Positions 39,182 to 52,059 of a stretch of DNA of 64,000 nt are shown here, piece by piece; within the stretch, counting starts at the first letter, position 1; the number at the start of each line of letters is the position of its first letter. The DNA comes from Atractiella rhizophila (lineage: Eukaryota): assembly GCA_021432655.1 (NCBI GenBank), contig MU271186.1, positions 124,001-188,000 on the forward strand. Reading direction: 5' to 3'. Both the position numbers and the translations under genes were made by a program. The notes below the pieces were generated by a model. That model was not told where the DNA came from and ran no database searches. It worked only from the letters and a program-made list of their open reading frames with translations.

Positions 39182-39669
39182 TGTCAGGCTTGCCCCTACG
39201 CATTACCGAAATGCACCATCCAAGGTCACGTGACCCACCTTACCGTGTCATGAGATCACGTACCTACCCATCGCCGCTCTGCACATGTCTGCGCTGTTCA
39301 CCGCTTTTCTATTTCTCACACGAATCGCCACTCAGCAAACCTTATACATTTCGCCAGTCTGCACCGTCTCCATTTTCGCCTTATTGTCCTTTCTCACTAG
39401 TACTACCCAGTATATCTTATTTCCGAGTATTCCCTTTATTACTTTCCTGATCTAACTATCTTACACATTTCAAGCAACGTATGTTACAGTTTATGGCAGT
39501 GCCTTTACTTATGTATATATACATCGAGGTAGTGGTGGTGACCTCAGAGTATTCTCTTAGGTTTACCTCCACTACAGGTTAGTCTTCTCATGCCATACTA
39601 TTCACTTAGGTTTACCTCCACTACAAACACATTGCCCATCGGCGACCGCACATAGTGTTTGCCCTAACA
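39182..39669 (-). mobile_element. Solo LTR 2 (488 bp), same family as LTR 1, opposite orientation
   Basis: TGTCAGG...CCCTAACA termini with 5-bp TSD GATGG on both sides. The reverse complement aligns with LTR 1. Removing it rejoins transposase sequence SEEM-DTEDGERLDSDVEITR. Confidence 0.9.
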
Positions 39670-41577
39670 GATGGACACTGAGGATGGAGAGAGGCTTGAT
39701 TCGGACGTGGAAATTACAAGGATTGTTCCTGTTTTCTAATTCAATTGCTGAGTTGTGTCCTGGATGGAGCTAGGTTAGGGAGAGCAAGGCAAAGAAGATG
39801 CAAGCTTGAAGTGCCCCACCTCTGGTGGCAAAGAAGGTGACATTCTGTTTTACTGCTTCTCAAACTCCACTTCTCATTTCAAGCATAGATCAGAGTAGCC
39901 CAGATGGACCGGAAAGCATGTGCAACTCACAAACATCAGCCAAGAAGGGGGAAGAAGAGTGTCCCCCAAATGCATGCCGAAATGGATGTGAGCGGTCCTC
40001 CTCCGGACGCCAGTGATGTTGATGGAGATGAGGAGACGACAAGGAGAAAACCAAAGGCAAACCCGATATGGGAATGTTAGACCGTCCGTGTTTCCTCTCC
40101 TCAGAGTAACATATTGACATGTTTTACTTTAATAGCACGACCCGACCGCACCAGCATATCCCAATGGGATACAGAACAACCGCTCAAAATATCAGCGTAA
40201 ACTTGGTTGCGGGTATGGGTCTTGTTCTGTGGACATGAAGTTGCACGAATTTTGGCAATTCCTCATAGCACTGTCTACTCCTTCTTTGGCTGCGAGTATT
40301 CAAACCTCAACAAGCATACTCATACCTGCAAGAAGTGTGGAAAAGCTGAAGAACTCGGTATCAAGCTCCTTGAGCAGCCTCACAACCCAGTTCCCAATGC
40401 TTTCAACAGTTTCTCTACTCTGAAGAAATGGACACGAGAAGAATGTGACCAACTGTTTCACAAGATTGTCGAGTGGATTCTTCGAACTGACAAGCCCTGG
40501 ACAATGGTTGAAGAGGATGGGTTCAAGGAACTTATAAGATTTCTTGATGAGACCGTTAACGTTTGCGGCGTGACAACCACCCGAACTTGCGCCGCCCGCC
40601 TTCACTCTGCGTTGAAGGTGCAGGTGCAACAAGAGATAGATGTAAGTCCTTGCTTGTGGTTAAAGAAGTTTCTTAACTCAACGGTCAAAAGCACATAATG
40701 GCAAAATCCACATTAATATAGACTGCTAGACGAGCTTTGGGTCGATGCATGCAGTCAGCGCCATGATTGGATACTGGATTGATGAAGACTGGCGGCGTAT
40801 TAAACGAGTGCTGCGTTGCTCTGTCTTAGAGGAATCGCATACATCTCTCAATCTCGCAAGAAGGCTGAAGCAAACCATCATTGACCGGAGGATAAGTAAT
40901 AAGTTAGGTGTGTCCATAACTATTTTTTTAGTTCCGTGAGTGCAAGTTTTAATGTGGCACATGGATGGCTAGAAAACATTGGATCGGATCATGCTTCAAA
41001 TATCGTCACTGCTATGTCATTCCTACAAGCAGGCCTTATCTCCTCCGATCACGATGATCTTTGGGAAGCTGACAAGTAACACAATGGCTGTTCCCTTCAT
41101 GCCATTGCCCTTTCTGCTCAGGCTGGTCTTTCTGCCATGGGGGTTGGAAACTCTCCTGATGTTGAAGATCATTACCTAAAGGATAAAAACCTAGGTCTGC
41201 GGAGAACGGATGAAACGGAGATGGTTGAAGAAGAAGAGGTGGAGTTGTGCACTGGTAATGACCAGCTCTCTGAAATTGAAGAGTCGGACTTGGAGGATGT
41301 GTTGGAGGGTGTAGAAGAAGAAGATGGGGAGAATGGCCTAAAGCAATGTCTTTTTGTGAAGAAGAGTAATTGGCAGACACGGAATAAGGTGAGTAAGCAC
41401 TGATTCTATGTTTTAACATTGTGATTATAATTCTAGCTCTTCAAACTCTGTCGCATCATCCGTTCAACACCGAATCGGCGTTCGGAGTTCAAGAAAGTCT
41501 CACAAGAAACCTACCCAGACGGCCACATCAACCGTGGTGTTATGCCGAAGCATAACAATACTACCCGATGGAATTCA

Positions 41578-41742
41578 TGTCAGAGTTTGGCACCGTTTTA
41601 AGCTGCATGCGTGCCACTGTCATTTGTGGCTCTAGTTTTCTTTCCACTTTGCCGTTTCTCTCATTTTGCTGAGTTCCTTAAGGTATAAAAAGCCCATTAT
41701 AACTTCATTGTAATTCATTCCTTTCGACCCTTGCAATCAACA
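41578..41742 (+). mobile_element. Short solo LTR 3 (165 bp), unrelated family
   Basis: TG...CA termini, internal TATAAAA and a near-perfect 5-bp TSD (ATTCA/AGTCA). Removing it restores TRWNS-EYNVLTRG in frame. Confidence 0.7.
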
Positions 41743-44092
41743 AGTCAGAGTATAATGTTTTAACCAGAGGGTTTTGTTTGAAACAGGTATGTCTTCTGCT
41801 TGACACCTTTATATATTGCTAATGTGTCCCATATGCACAGGCACTTCATAATTTGTCTATAAATTCATTGATAACTATGGACGGTATGCAATGAAAGAGT
41901 CTGAGTGGAAGGAAGTAAAAGTCGTTGCTACTGGCCTAAAGGTGGGTCTTACATTTATCCTGAACTTGTGCTTTCTCATCATCAACAACATGCTTATGAT
42001 CAGCCCTTCAAGGAGACAACTCTCCTCCTGGAAAAAGAAGATGCATGTCTGTCCGAAGTCCTCCCTACATTCGAACGCTTGCGGCGCATACAGGTCAAGC
42101 TCAAAAATGATCCAACAATGGCAGCGTGGCATCTGGCAGCCGAAGCATCCATCAAGAAGCTCGACAAATACTACAATATTATGAAAGACAAGTGGTGCTA
42201 CCAACTTGCTACAGGTTCGTCTGATCAACTTGGCCTCTTAGCATGCCTCAAATGCAATCTGATGCGTTTAAAATGTAGTTTTGTCATAGCTATGGATCCT
42301 CATTATGGGTTGGCTTTCTTTGAAGAAGTTTATGGTCAAGAGTTCAAAGATTTGGTAAAGGGGAAGGTTAAGATGGAGTACTACCGTCGGGCGAAGACTG
42401 CCGGCAGCAGGGAAGACATGAGTGAAGAAGAGGATCAGAGAGCGGGAAGGAGCTTAAGGGCATGAGTTCAGACGAAAATGGAGAGGAGTATGGTGTTCTC
42501 GTTGATCTCCCATTGCGTGAAGACCTTGAGGATAGCCTCCATGAAATTGACCGGTTCTCTGCTATCAAGCTCAAAAAGGACCGTGACCCTCTCAAATGGT
42601 GGAAGGTTAGATGTCTTCTATTTTCTTTATTCTAGTTACTTAATTGATGCTTTGTTTAGCGACATGAGGATTCATATCCCATTCTACGGCTCATTGCAAG
42701 AGATCTTCTTGCAATACCAGCCTCAACAGCTGGTATTGAGCGACTTTTCTCATGGGCAAAGTTTATCAATACGAACCAACGAGGCTCAATGTCAGCGGAA
42801 ACTCTTTCAGAGACCATGACAACGAAGGCATGGTTGATGCAAGGAGTCAAGAAACCGCAGATATGGTGACTCCATTTTTTTCTGTTCCATATGCCATATA
42901 CACCGTATAATGTACCTTCCGTACCAGTAAACATTTTGGAAATTAAATTAACTTCATTTCACTTCCATATCCGTATCGTTTGAAAAGAAGCATGTACGGC
43001 CAGGATTGGTACTGCAATACCCATATACTCTACGGGTGGGAGGGCTGATTCATATGGGCTGCCTTGGACCAATCAAGACAGCGAGATCTGTGAGTTTCGC
43101 AGCTGGAATGCTTCACTTGCTCACATGTCATAATGGGCCGGAACGGAATGAACTTGAACTTCCTCTTTCTCTGATAGTTGGATGCATAATCCGACTGGAC
43201 AAGTGGTCAAAGCTTGCTGTTCTCAAGCGACATGTTCTTCTGAACCGTTGGCAGAGGCGGAGATGAAAGGGATGACCAAACTATCAGATCGCCCCTTATC
43301 AGGCGTTTCGAGACTTCCATGGCGCGATACGGTGACAGAACAGGTCCTTCGGTGGGGTAGATGACTCTGGAGACGAAATTGACTGTAACGATGTAAAGTA
43401 ACCGTACTGACATATTGAGCATCACGAAGGAACAAAAATTGATCTGAATGCTTCTTCTCCTTCTTCCTCACTCCTCCCCATTCTGCCTCCTTTATTAACG
43501 CCGGCCCTCCTTTCGCACCTCCTGCTTCCTTTCTCCAGATCCTCCGAGCGAACCTTTCGTCCTTTCGCGGATTACAACGAAAATGCAAGAGGCTCCACTT
43601 AATTCGATAGTTGCCTTTTCTTTTGTCGTGTCGCCCGGCGCTGTTAACATCTCAGACGTAGTCTTATTTATGATGGGGATGAAACACGAACCTCTCGCTT
43701 TACCTTGCCCTTTGCATCGTTAACCTCGAGTTGGAAGCGACATAGTTTGATAAGGCTTTCCTGTCCTCGGTGACATTGACACTTTCCCGAAACAAGATGT
43801 CTCCTGTTCTCAATGGTCAGGCTCGAGCTAAATACAGGGAATGGAAGAAAACCTGCTTCGCTTTGATGGGACGCACGAAAGGATCCCTGGCGAAAATGGG
43901 CACGTTCGTGGGATCGTCCGTTGTGAACTGTTCACCAAAAAATCGGAAAGAAGGATTTTGACAGTTTCCTTTGAGGTGCGATTAATTTGTTATCAAAATC
44001 TGGAATAATGAGGGCATACCTAGGTGCAAGAGTTGTCCTTTCAACCACTCTGCACAGTTCATCAGATATAAGGCTTTCATTCAAAAAAAAAT

Positions 44093-47000
44093 TTAAGGCT
44101 CACCGTGACCGTTTCCAGTCCACGGAGTAACCATATCTTTACCCACCCAAACTTCCACATATGTCTCCTTATCAAATGTGAGTTTCGTCCATTTATTTCG
44201 CATTGTGTTCGTTTTCGGGTCACGAAACTGTTCTGAAGGCGAAGATGATGCCCTGCCCTCAATTCGCAGCTTCTGATGATCCCAATGGCAGATCAGGTCC
44301 TCCTGCATGGGGCAGATGCTGAGAATCCGCCCGTTTTGTGATATTTTGATCAATCTCAAGGGTCTGGTGCCAGTTTCCGTACGACGCAGATCGCTGGAAG
44401 GGTGCACCGCAGCTGCAGTTACAACTGGGTCTTGTGTTGTCGGTCGAATGGTATTCGAATCGATCGGCGCGCCGTGGCTCGAAGCTGAGATTCTTGACGT
44501 TGTGGGTGCAAAGTGGGCCGTTGGGGACTGTTTCTCAGCCAGATAGAGAGGCAAACGAGACGGCCCTGATTCCGCTCTTTGGTCAATCCGTTGCTCTTTA
44601 CGCCAACTTTCTGCGTCAAGGTTATCAGCATGTTGTTCTATAGAATCAAGAGGGCGTCGGTGTGAAGTTTGACCTTCGTTAGTTAGCATGGCGGAATCCG
44701 AAGGGAACCCCGAAGTCTCAAACTGATTTTCCTGATGTAGAAGTGCAAAATCATTTGAACGTAATTCAGGAGTGAAAGCTCCAGCGACATCCCTATTGCG
44801 GGGAGTGGAATCAGCAGAGACTTCTGTGAGATCATCCGGAGTGCTGTGGCGAGATTCAGCATCAGGATTGCTGGGAGTCGCCTCGAAAGAATCAAAGCTT
44901 GGGGTGGGTGATGCTGGAGTGTGCAGCTCGCGACTCATACGAACCAATAGGTCACGGCTGAGTTCAAAACATGTACCTGATCTGAGGTCTTGATATTTGT
45001 ATGACTCGAAGGATTTGATGTGTTGGATATGAAGAAAATAAGCATCCTCGTTCGATTCAATCCGCGCATTGCCATTGGGGACACTCGCTAAAGCCTGTAT
45101 CGCCGTGTTGCGATCAAAGAGAGATGCCGTATTGGGAAGTGGAGCGAGTTGGGATTCAGGGAATTGAGGTGGAGAGGGCTCCTTCATTTCTGATGTGCTG
45201 AGGGGGACGTAAAAGGATCGATCGCAAGGTAATTCAGTGAACACGCCATGGGGTATATCGACCTCGAGCGCTCTGAAGTCGTCGATAGGGGTCTCAATGG
45301 TGATACCAGAAGAGAGAACAGGATCCGGTAAATGGGCAGATAGAACCAACTAATAAAGATACAGTCAATCATATGCAACAAGATCAACTGGAGTAGCGTA
45401 CCTGCATTTCAGCATTGCAGCTATCCCAGATCAGAAGATCGTCTTTCGTGATCTCGATCCACCCTTCAATCGTCCAGACTGAGCCTTGGTCGGTGCCAGA
45501 TATTCCCACACCAACTTTCCTGCCCTTCGACGATAGCTGTTCAATTGGTAAAACTGTTCTACTCTCCTCCTCCCCTCTCCCTAGCAGTATCCGCCGTGAC
45601 AATGAAATCTGAAGTTTCTCCATGAGCGAGCTGAGCTCCTCGTTTGGAGAGTAAGCGGGATCGCCACGTTGAACCAAGAAACAGTAGTTCAGGAAGATGG
45701 TAGAAGCCTTGCCAGTGGGTCTAAAAATGTGGTAGCTGAGCTACGTATTGAGTATCAGCAAGTGCATGGATAGGCATACAGCCATCAGTGGGGACAAAAC
45801 CTACCTCAGCAAATGGAACAGGCGGGCTTTGGTTGGCAAATCTCACGCCGCGTGGATCACTGGCCCATGCACACTTCCATAGACCATCTGTCCCACCATT
45901 CGCTACCAATCCAGTTCCCGTGGCGAAGACGTGATCTCCTCGATGTACTATAACAGGGATGGAAATCTCGTCTAAGAATCTGTTCCTCCTTAGCTGGATC
46001 GAATAATTGATGCTGATTTTTGAGTCTCGATATGTCGTTGGAACAGGGACTGTGGATCCAGGACAAGCGCAGTTCGTATAAAGAGGCACCTCGAACTCAA
46101 ACCTCCACTCGCGCAACGGCCTGAGTTCTTTCAGAGTGACCGATTTCGTAAGCTGAAAAAAGGTATGGTCTTCTGGCCTGCTTGCCACAAAACAATCAGT
46201 CATTCATTGTTTGACGGCTAGAAAGCAACATACGACTCCAGGGTCACAGTGCTAACACCAGAAAAGATGAAATCCACCTTATCATAGTTGTCGACGTCGT
46301 GTTGAGATGATAAACGAATGCGGCATTGTATCACTTCTCCAGGGGAAACCGCCGTGTTCCTTAGGCTGGGGCGTACCAAAAAGTGGATGCCCTCACTAAA
46401 GTACCCCTCCCATGGCTCTACTTGACCGTTCCTTCCCGTGGGGTAAATGGGGTTAACTGTTGCAGAAGGTGATACAGACCTGGAACTATCAACCGTTGTC
46501 GACGGATCGGCTGCGACGTTATGAGCTAAGTTGGGTACGACTCTGGTGGTAAAGAGTGTTGATGTCCACGTCTGCGGAGCGCTTGAATTCAAGGGTTGGG
46601 CGGCGGCGTGTTGAAATACTGATGTTGATGGACTTTGAGGGATCCGAAGTGATGAAGGGATACGAAGTGATGAAAGGATTTCCGGGCGTGAGCTGACAGG
46701 AGGGCTGGGCGTGTTCAGGTCGGAGGATACTGAGATGGTTTTGTTCGGTCGGGTTGCATAGAATGAGGCGTTTGTGATATGGGGCGGACTTTGAGTATGG
46801 GGTAAAGGGACGCAGTCGACGGATTCGCTAGCGGTTGGCGAAAATCCCTGTCGAACTGAAGGGAGGAGTAATCTCAATCCGGAGGGGTCGGGAGGTAGAC
46901 TGCCTTGCTGGGGGAACAATACATGGTCGTGAAAAGGGCTACTCCACGGATACACCAACACTGGAAGGTGTGGTGGGAAGGTATCCGTTGGCACTGGCAG

Positions 47001-47289
47001 TGGCTTGGTGTTGACATCTTGATCCTGAGGCTGACTAGTTAACAATGAAAAGTCGATTTTTGGGTTTTGCTAGCCTGTCGCCCTACTACTGATGAGAAGG
47101 GCAGCAGGAGGTGGTGGTGGTGGATTGTTGAACCTCTGATATTGTCGAACCTGGTATTGTCGAACCTAATATTGTCGACGGGGAGAGCAAGGAATAGAGA
47201 CGTTCGTATTTATATTTGAGACTGGGGAGCCCGTGTAGATCATCAGGGCGTAACAGCTTCATCCTTGTAGTGCTTCTCGTACCAGCCAT
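44093..47289 (-). CDS. Multi-exon hypothetical protein with a possible arrestin-like N domain
   Basis: Consecutive long minus-strand ORFs separated by short intron-like gaps. AVSPGEVIQCRIRL...DFIFSGVSTV and WRFEFEVP...VPTTY...ISINYSIQL resemble alpha-arrestin strands. Start position uncertain. Confidence 0.45.
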
Positions 47290-47749
47290 GGCGTGCTCGA
47301 TCCAAATAGAACTGAATTCAAGCGATCAAGCTCAAGCGCTCAAGCTTCCTTCCAATGGTCAACAATTGAACGTTATTATTGAATAGTGAACGGTTGAATG
47401 TTGACCGTTCACAGCATGAAGCTTCAAAGCTCCCAATTGCTGGAAGGGTAATAATCAGCTATAAATAGTACTCAAATAAAGAACCCATTAGCTGAGCACA
47501 GTATGGACCTGAGACACATTTGCCATTCTTTGTTTGCTAATGTAATGCCATCACATGTACCGACCATACCTTGAGACAATACGTGAAAAAAATGATCAAG
47601 AGCGTTCGGGGTGTGCACAGGAACAACCTAAGATTTGCTCCTCGTCCTTTCGTGAGGCAAGCACCTTAGGTTTTCTCCGGGGGTTCCTCTCTTCCTTTGA
47701 GACAAGAATCAGGATATTGGGATCATGGAGCGAAGGAGACACGGACTAA

Positions 47750-50056
47750 TCAACGTTTGCGTCCGAGGAATGAATACAAATTTCGATCTGGTTCCACGGT
47801 ACCTCGCGTACGAGGGCCCCTGACGTCGCCACACATAGTAGTTAGCAGGCTCAAGAGAACGCAAGTATTCCGTTCATGGCGTTGCATTCTATCGTCAGAT
47901 CTGTGCAGGCTGTGGAAAGCTGGAACGTCCACGTCTCTTCATATCGTCAACCGCGTAGATAAACATCATGAAACAATTGTAAATCTTCCGCTTTTGTCCC
48001 AAACGTGCTCGTTGGGCTTGAAGGCACGGGGCAGGGTTAACAGGTTCCAAACTCTTTCGCCCACTGATACACTGGGAACAGTTTGGATGATCGAGTGTCT
48101 GCAAACATTAACCGTTGATAATTCTTCTGCTGGGTATTGCTGTAAAGGTACAAGTGCAGTGATCGAATTGAAAACCGAAAGAGCGTGGGTATACTACGAA
48201 ATATCACGAGGCGGAATGCTATCCAAGATGTGTGCTCAGCCTCTCGATCGCTCTTAAGGACGGGGTGGAACTTACCAATCTCTTTCCATCCTCTCGACTC
48301 AACGAGCGAGCAACGGGTCAAGCTCGCACTCATCCAAAAACTCATCATCCTTCTTCTTGCCTTGGGGAGCACTAATCGCATCGATGGATCAACAAACTCG
48401 TTCCCAATGAGAGTAAAGGGGAGGAGGAGCACCTGGTGGGAGTGACGAAAGCGAGGATGAGGAAGAGAGGGAGGAAAGAAGGCGGGAGGGGATAGTCGAC
48501 TCTGAACTGTCCGTTCGTCTCCATCACCTTCTTCACGTCTACGCTCGCTTGGCGAAGGTGGTTGCCGTCACGGTGTTTGCGGCTAGGGTTGGAGCGATTC
48601 TGTTTCCAGTTTAATGAATGCTCAGTTTTCGCTTCGTGTGGTGATTATGAAGGAGCGAAGCACCATACGCTTGAAAGCTCTAACGGGAGACGCCTTTCTC
48701 AACAGGCGCCTGTAACGCATCTTATGCAAATCAAACAGACCAGAGTCTTAAAGTCTTGAAGTGTTGCAACTCGAGGGAAAGGGAGCGATGATAAAGGAAG
48801 TGAGGAAGGATCGTCCTTTGAGGCAGCGCGGGAGAAGAAGGCGAAGCTTCAAAAGGGGAAGGGAAGTGAACAAGAGATCTATTTGTACGTCTGTCCCCAA
48901 GCGACCAAGTATTCCGGGCGAGCTCCAGGTCCCCAGCCGAAACAAGAATGGAATCAAAATTTGATGTATGGAATGAACAGGAAGGAAATCTTCCTTTTGT
49001 TTTGAGGGAATTTGTCTTGATGGAGATATGCAAGAGATTTCAAGGAGATCTTGAAGGCGCGGAGAAGAAGGACCGGAAATTCCAAGTCAAGCTCCTCGAT
49101 CATGATAATTGGGCGACATAGAGATGCATTTGGCAGTTGACAATCCATCGTCCGTGGATTGCCCGGAAGAATGGGAAGGAGGACGGAGGTATTTGCGACC
49201 CCACTCAAACCCGGTGATGGCTGTCCTCCTACAAGGGAAGCACAGTGGCTCATGCAGGCACGTCCAACGAAGAAGACTTTTGAAGCTGACTCTTGCATGG
49301 GAAGGGAATGGGTCCAACTTCACCAAACAAGTTAGACACGTGTGAGATGAGATGAAACGCGGACGCTTAGATGAATATTGCTTGAATTTGCATCATCGCA
49401 TTGACGCAAAGGAGAACAAACATGCATCCAGTGCCAGGGTAGAACCTTCTTCAAGCCAACTTGAAGTGGACAATTGACGGCCACAGGAGCAAAGGCTCTG
49501 GATCCAATCACCAGAGCAAAGGCATCCATAGCTCAAGGAGATGGACACGTCTCGTCTTCTTGAGCTGTGCGCAACAATCGCCACCATGAGCGCGCATACG
49601 GCGACTTCTTCTCACACTGCTTCTCACACTCCTGGCGACAAGATCCCATCACAACACGCTCCTCTGACAAAACACGCTGAAACACCTTGGCCTTGAAGCT
49701 CACAGGGTGGGCGGGCAAACTGCCAATAGGAAACTCGAATGAGAAACTCAAGAAAGCCGATCGCTGAGCAAAATCAAAGGATGAGATGATGATACCTTAG
49801 CTAATGAGATACCTTCCCCCTCCGTCGACACCACTTAACTCGTTCCACACATCATTCAGTCAGGGCGTAGTTCACCTGGCACCTCCCACTCTCCCAGACC
49901 TATTGATTGATCGAAAATTATGGCGAATTGGTGGATGTGGATCTCCATAAATGCAAAAGATAATCGCAGCAGACCATAGCGACAAAGGAAAGGCTGTAAA
50001 TCACGTGGAAGGACAATGCCCAAGTTGTTCTTCCCGGTTCTTTTGAGAACTTCCAT
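47750..50056 (-). CDS. Possible multi-exon hypothetical protein; no family recognised
   Basis: Chain of minus-strand ORFs with intron-like gaps; frame and ends not resolved. Confidence 0.25.
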
Positions 50057-50191
50057 TCAGAGTCTAGAAATATCACCTTTCAATAATACTGTATCCTCAA
50101 ACGTATCCCTGTATCCCTTCAGTCCGCATCAAATTTAAGCTCCAAGTCCAGCCTTGGTAGGTTTGTTTACTGGTCTAGCAGAAATCCGCTG

Positions 50192-51793
50192 ATGATTGGT
50201 CGAGGTGTGATGATGCTCATTCTTCTCGCCAGCTTCGGATTGGGATTGGCGAACGCATACACCCTCTCCCTCTCAAAGACCTATTCCGGGCGACCTTCTT
50301 TGATGGCTGGACTTACAACCAGAGCGCCATCGACGCTGGTCCGTCTCTCCTCTATGCAGTCCTGCTTCCTTACTAACGTGCTTTCGGTGAGCAGACAACT
50401 TTGTCAGTCCCCTTCCTTTCAAGACCATTCGAAGTCGGAAAGAATCGCCCACTGAGTGAACTGACAGGGAAACGTTCATTTCGTTGGACAAACTGACGCC
50501 CTCGCTCTCAATCTCACCTACCTCAACTCTGCCGGGAATGCGATTGTGGCAGTTGACAACACGACGAGCGGCGTTGGGGATTCGACGTTCGGTCGCAACG
50601 TAGTCGTCCGTCTTCCTTCCCCTCCTTCTGCCAAAGCGAAGGATTACTGATGCTGGAATAGAGGCTGATCTCGAAAGACCCGATATCGATAGGAACGCTC
50701 GTCCTCGCGGACTTCCTACATGTACCGTATGGATGTTCCACCTGGCCTTCGTTCTGGACCATCGCGAGCTCTACCCAGAAATCGGCACAGGGAGAGATCG
50801 ACATTTTCGAGAGTCAGCTATTCTCTTCCTCTCAATCCTATACATTTATGCTCACCTCTCCCACAGGCGTGAACCAAAGAACGCACAACCAGATGACCCT
50901 CCATACAGGCACCGGATGCACTCAATCCAACGTCTCCTCTTCCTCCGCTTTCGCATACACTGATGCTACAGTCCTCTCCACCAATTGCGACCACACAGTG
51001 AACGATAACCTTGGCTGTGCGTTTTCCGATTCTCGCGACGGCAGCGCAGGCGCAGGATTCGCATCTTCTGGTGGAGGGGTACGCTTGTTCCAGTACCCTA
51101 CAAATTCCGTTTGCGCCATATACGATCAATGGCTAATCATCCGTCGGTGGTGGTTGTGAGGGAAGGTATACGCGATGCTCTGGGACGCAGACGGAATCCG
51201 CACCTGGTTCTTCCCCCGCTCTTCCCTCCCGTCAGACATCCAGTCGGCCTCTCAATCGCCCAACCCTGAAGGATGGGGAGAGCCACAGGCTTCGTGGCCA
51301 GCCGCCACTTGCAATCCGCAGACGTTCTTTGAGGCTCAGAGCTTGGTGTTGGGCACCAATATCTGCGGTTTGTTTCTCTCCCATCTTAGCATGGCCGATT
51401 GGAGCTTACTCAGGTTTGGATCGTAGGTGCATTCGCTGGCAATGCGGCCATCTACTCCCAAACATGCACTGGAACATGTACCGACCTAGTGGGCGATCCG
51501 ACCAACTACAAGTCTGTCCCCTCCCATCCCCACTCTCTCCTCTACATGTACGAAGGAGGCAAAGTTGACGGATGATATGGGTGAACAGCAACGCCTACTT
51601 CGAGGTTGCATACATCAAGACCTTCACAGGCGCACCAACCTCCGTCACCGCGACCGGCACCGCTACAGCTCCTGGAGGTAGTAGCACGGGAGGAGGAGGA
51701 GGAAACGGGTCTGGTGCTGGAGGGAGAGCAACGGGTTGGATCAGTGGCTGTATAGCTGCAGTGGTCCTGTTGGGCTTGCCTGCTCTCTTTTAA
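50192..51793 (+). CDS. GH16 fungal endo-1,3(4)-beta-glucanase-like protein, secreted and probably GPI-anchored; apparent 1-nt frameshift at ~50290
   Basis: Signal peptide, TFFDGW, HVPYGCSTWPSFWT, catalytic EIDIFE, AMLWDADGIRTWFFPRSSLPSDI, NAYFEVAYIKTF, Thr/Gly linker and hydrophobic C-terminus. Confidence 0.9.
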
Positions 51794-52059
51794 GCATTTC
51801 ATTCGTTGATGGACATCACGGACTCTGTGAACACTCTACATCTTGATGGACTTGATAATATTATCCTCTTCTACGCTGTTTTCAGTGATGTGATTCTAGT
51901 GTATCCATAACACTGGAATTGCTGCCCAAGGGAATGCGGCGCAAATTTTCTAGACTCCGAGTCCGTCAACCAATAATCTCCTCTCTGGAAGCTTCAGCTC
52001 GTCTGTCATCGCCGCGTAACGAGCTACATAACATAGCAGACAGAAGTTGAGACGTCAGA

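Larger units (their letters stand above)
38812..42869 (+). pseudogene. hAT transposase, intron-containing, disrupted by solo LTRs
   Basis: PWTMVEEDGFKELIRFL, IGYWIDEDW, GCSLHAIAL (CxxH), TTRWNS, AMDPHY, DPLKWW and the dimerisation motif PILRLIARDLLAIPASTAGIERLFS. Confidence 0.92.
37992..43047 (+). mobile_element. Full-length hAT-superfamily DNA transposon
   Basis: TIRs CAGCGCTCCCACCC (37992) and GGGTGGGAGGGCTG (ending 43047) match at 13/14. Perfect 8-bp TSD ATTCATAT (37984-37991, 43048-43055). Repeated CCGTA/TACGG subterminal motifs at both ends. Confidence 0.95.

Noticed and set aside
38348..39669. A single nested TIR element or MITE with long terminal inverted repeats
   Set aside because: No shared TSD at the outer ends. 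Each arm has its own 5-bp TSD, so these are two solo LTRs.
37600..43600. A membrane-protein gene interrupted by the hAT insertion
   Set aside because: Hydrophobic minus-strand fragments flank the element but contain stops and could not be joined into a credible model.
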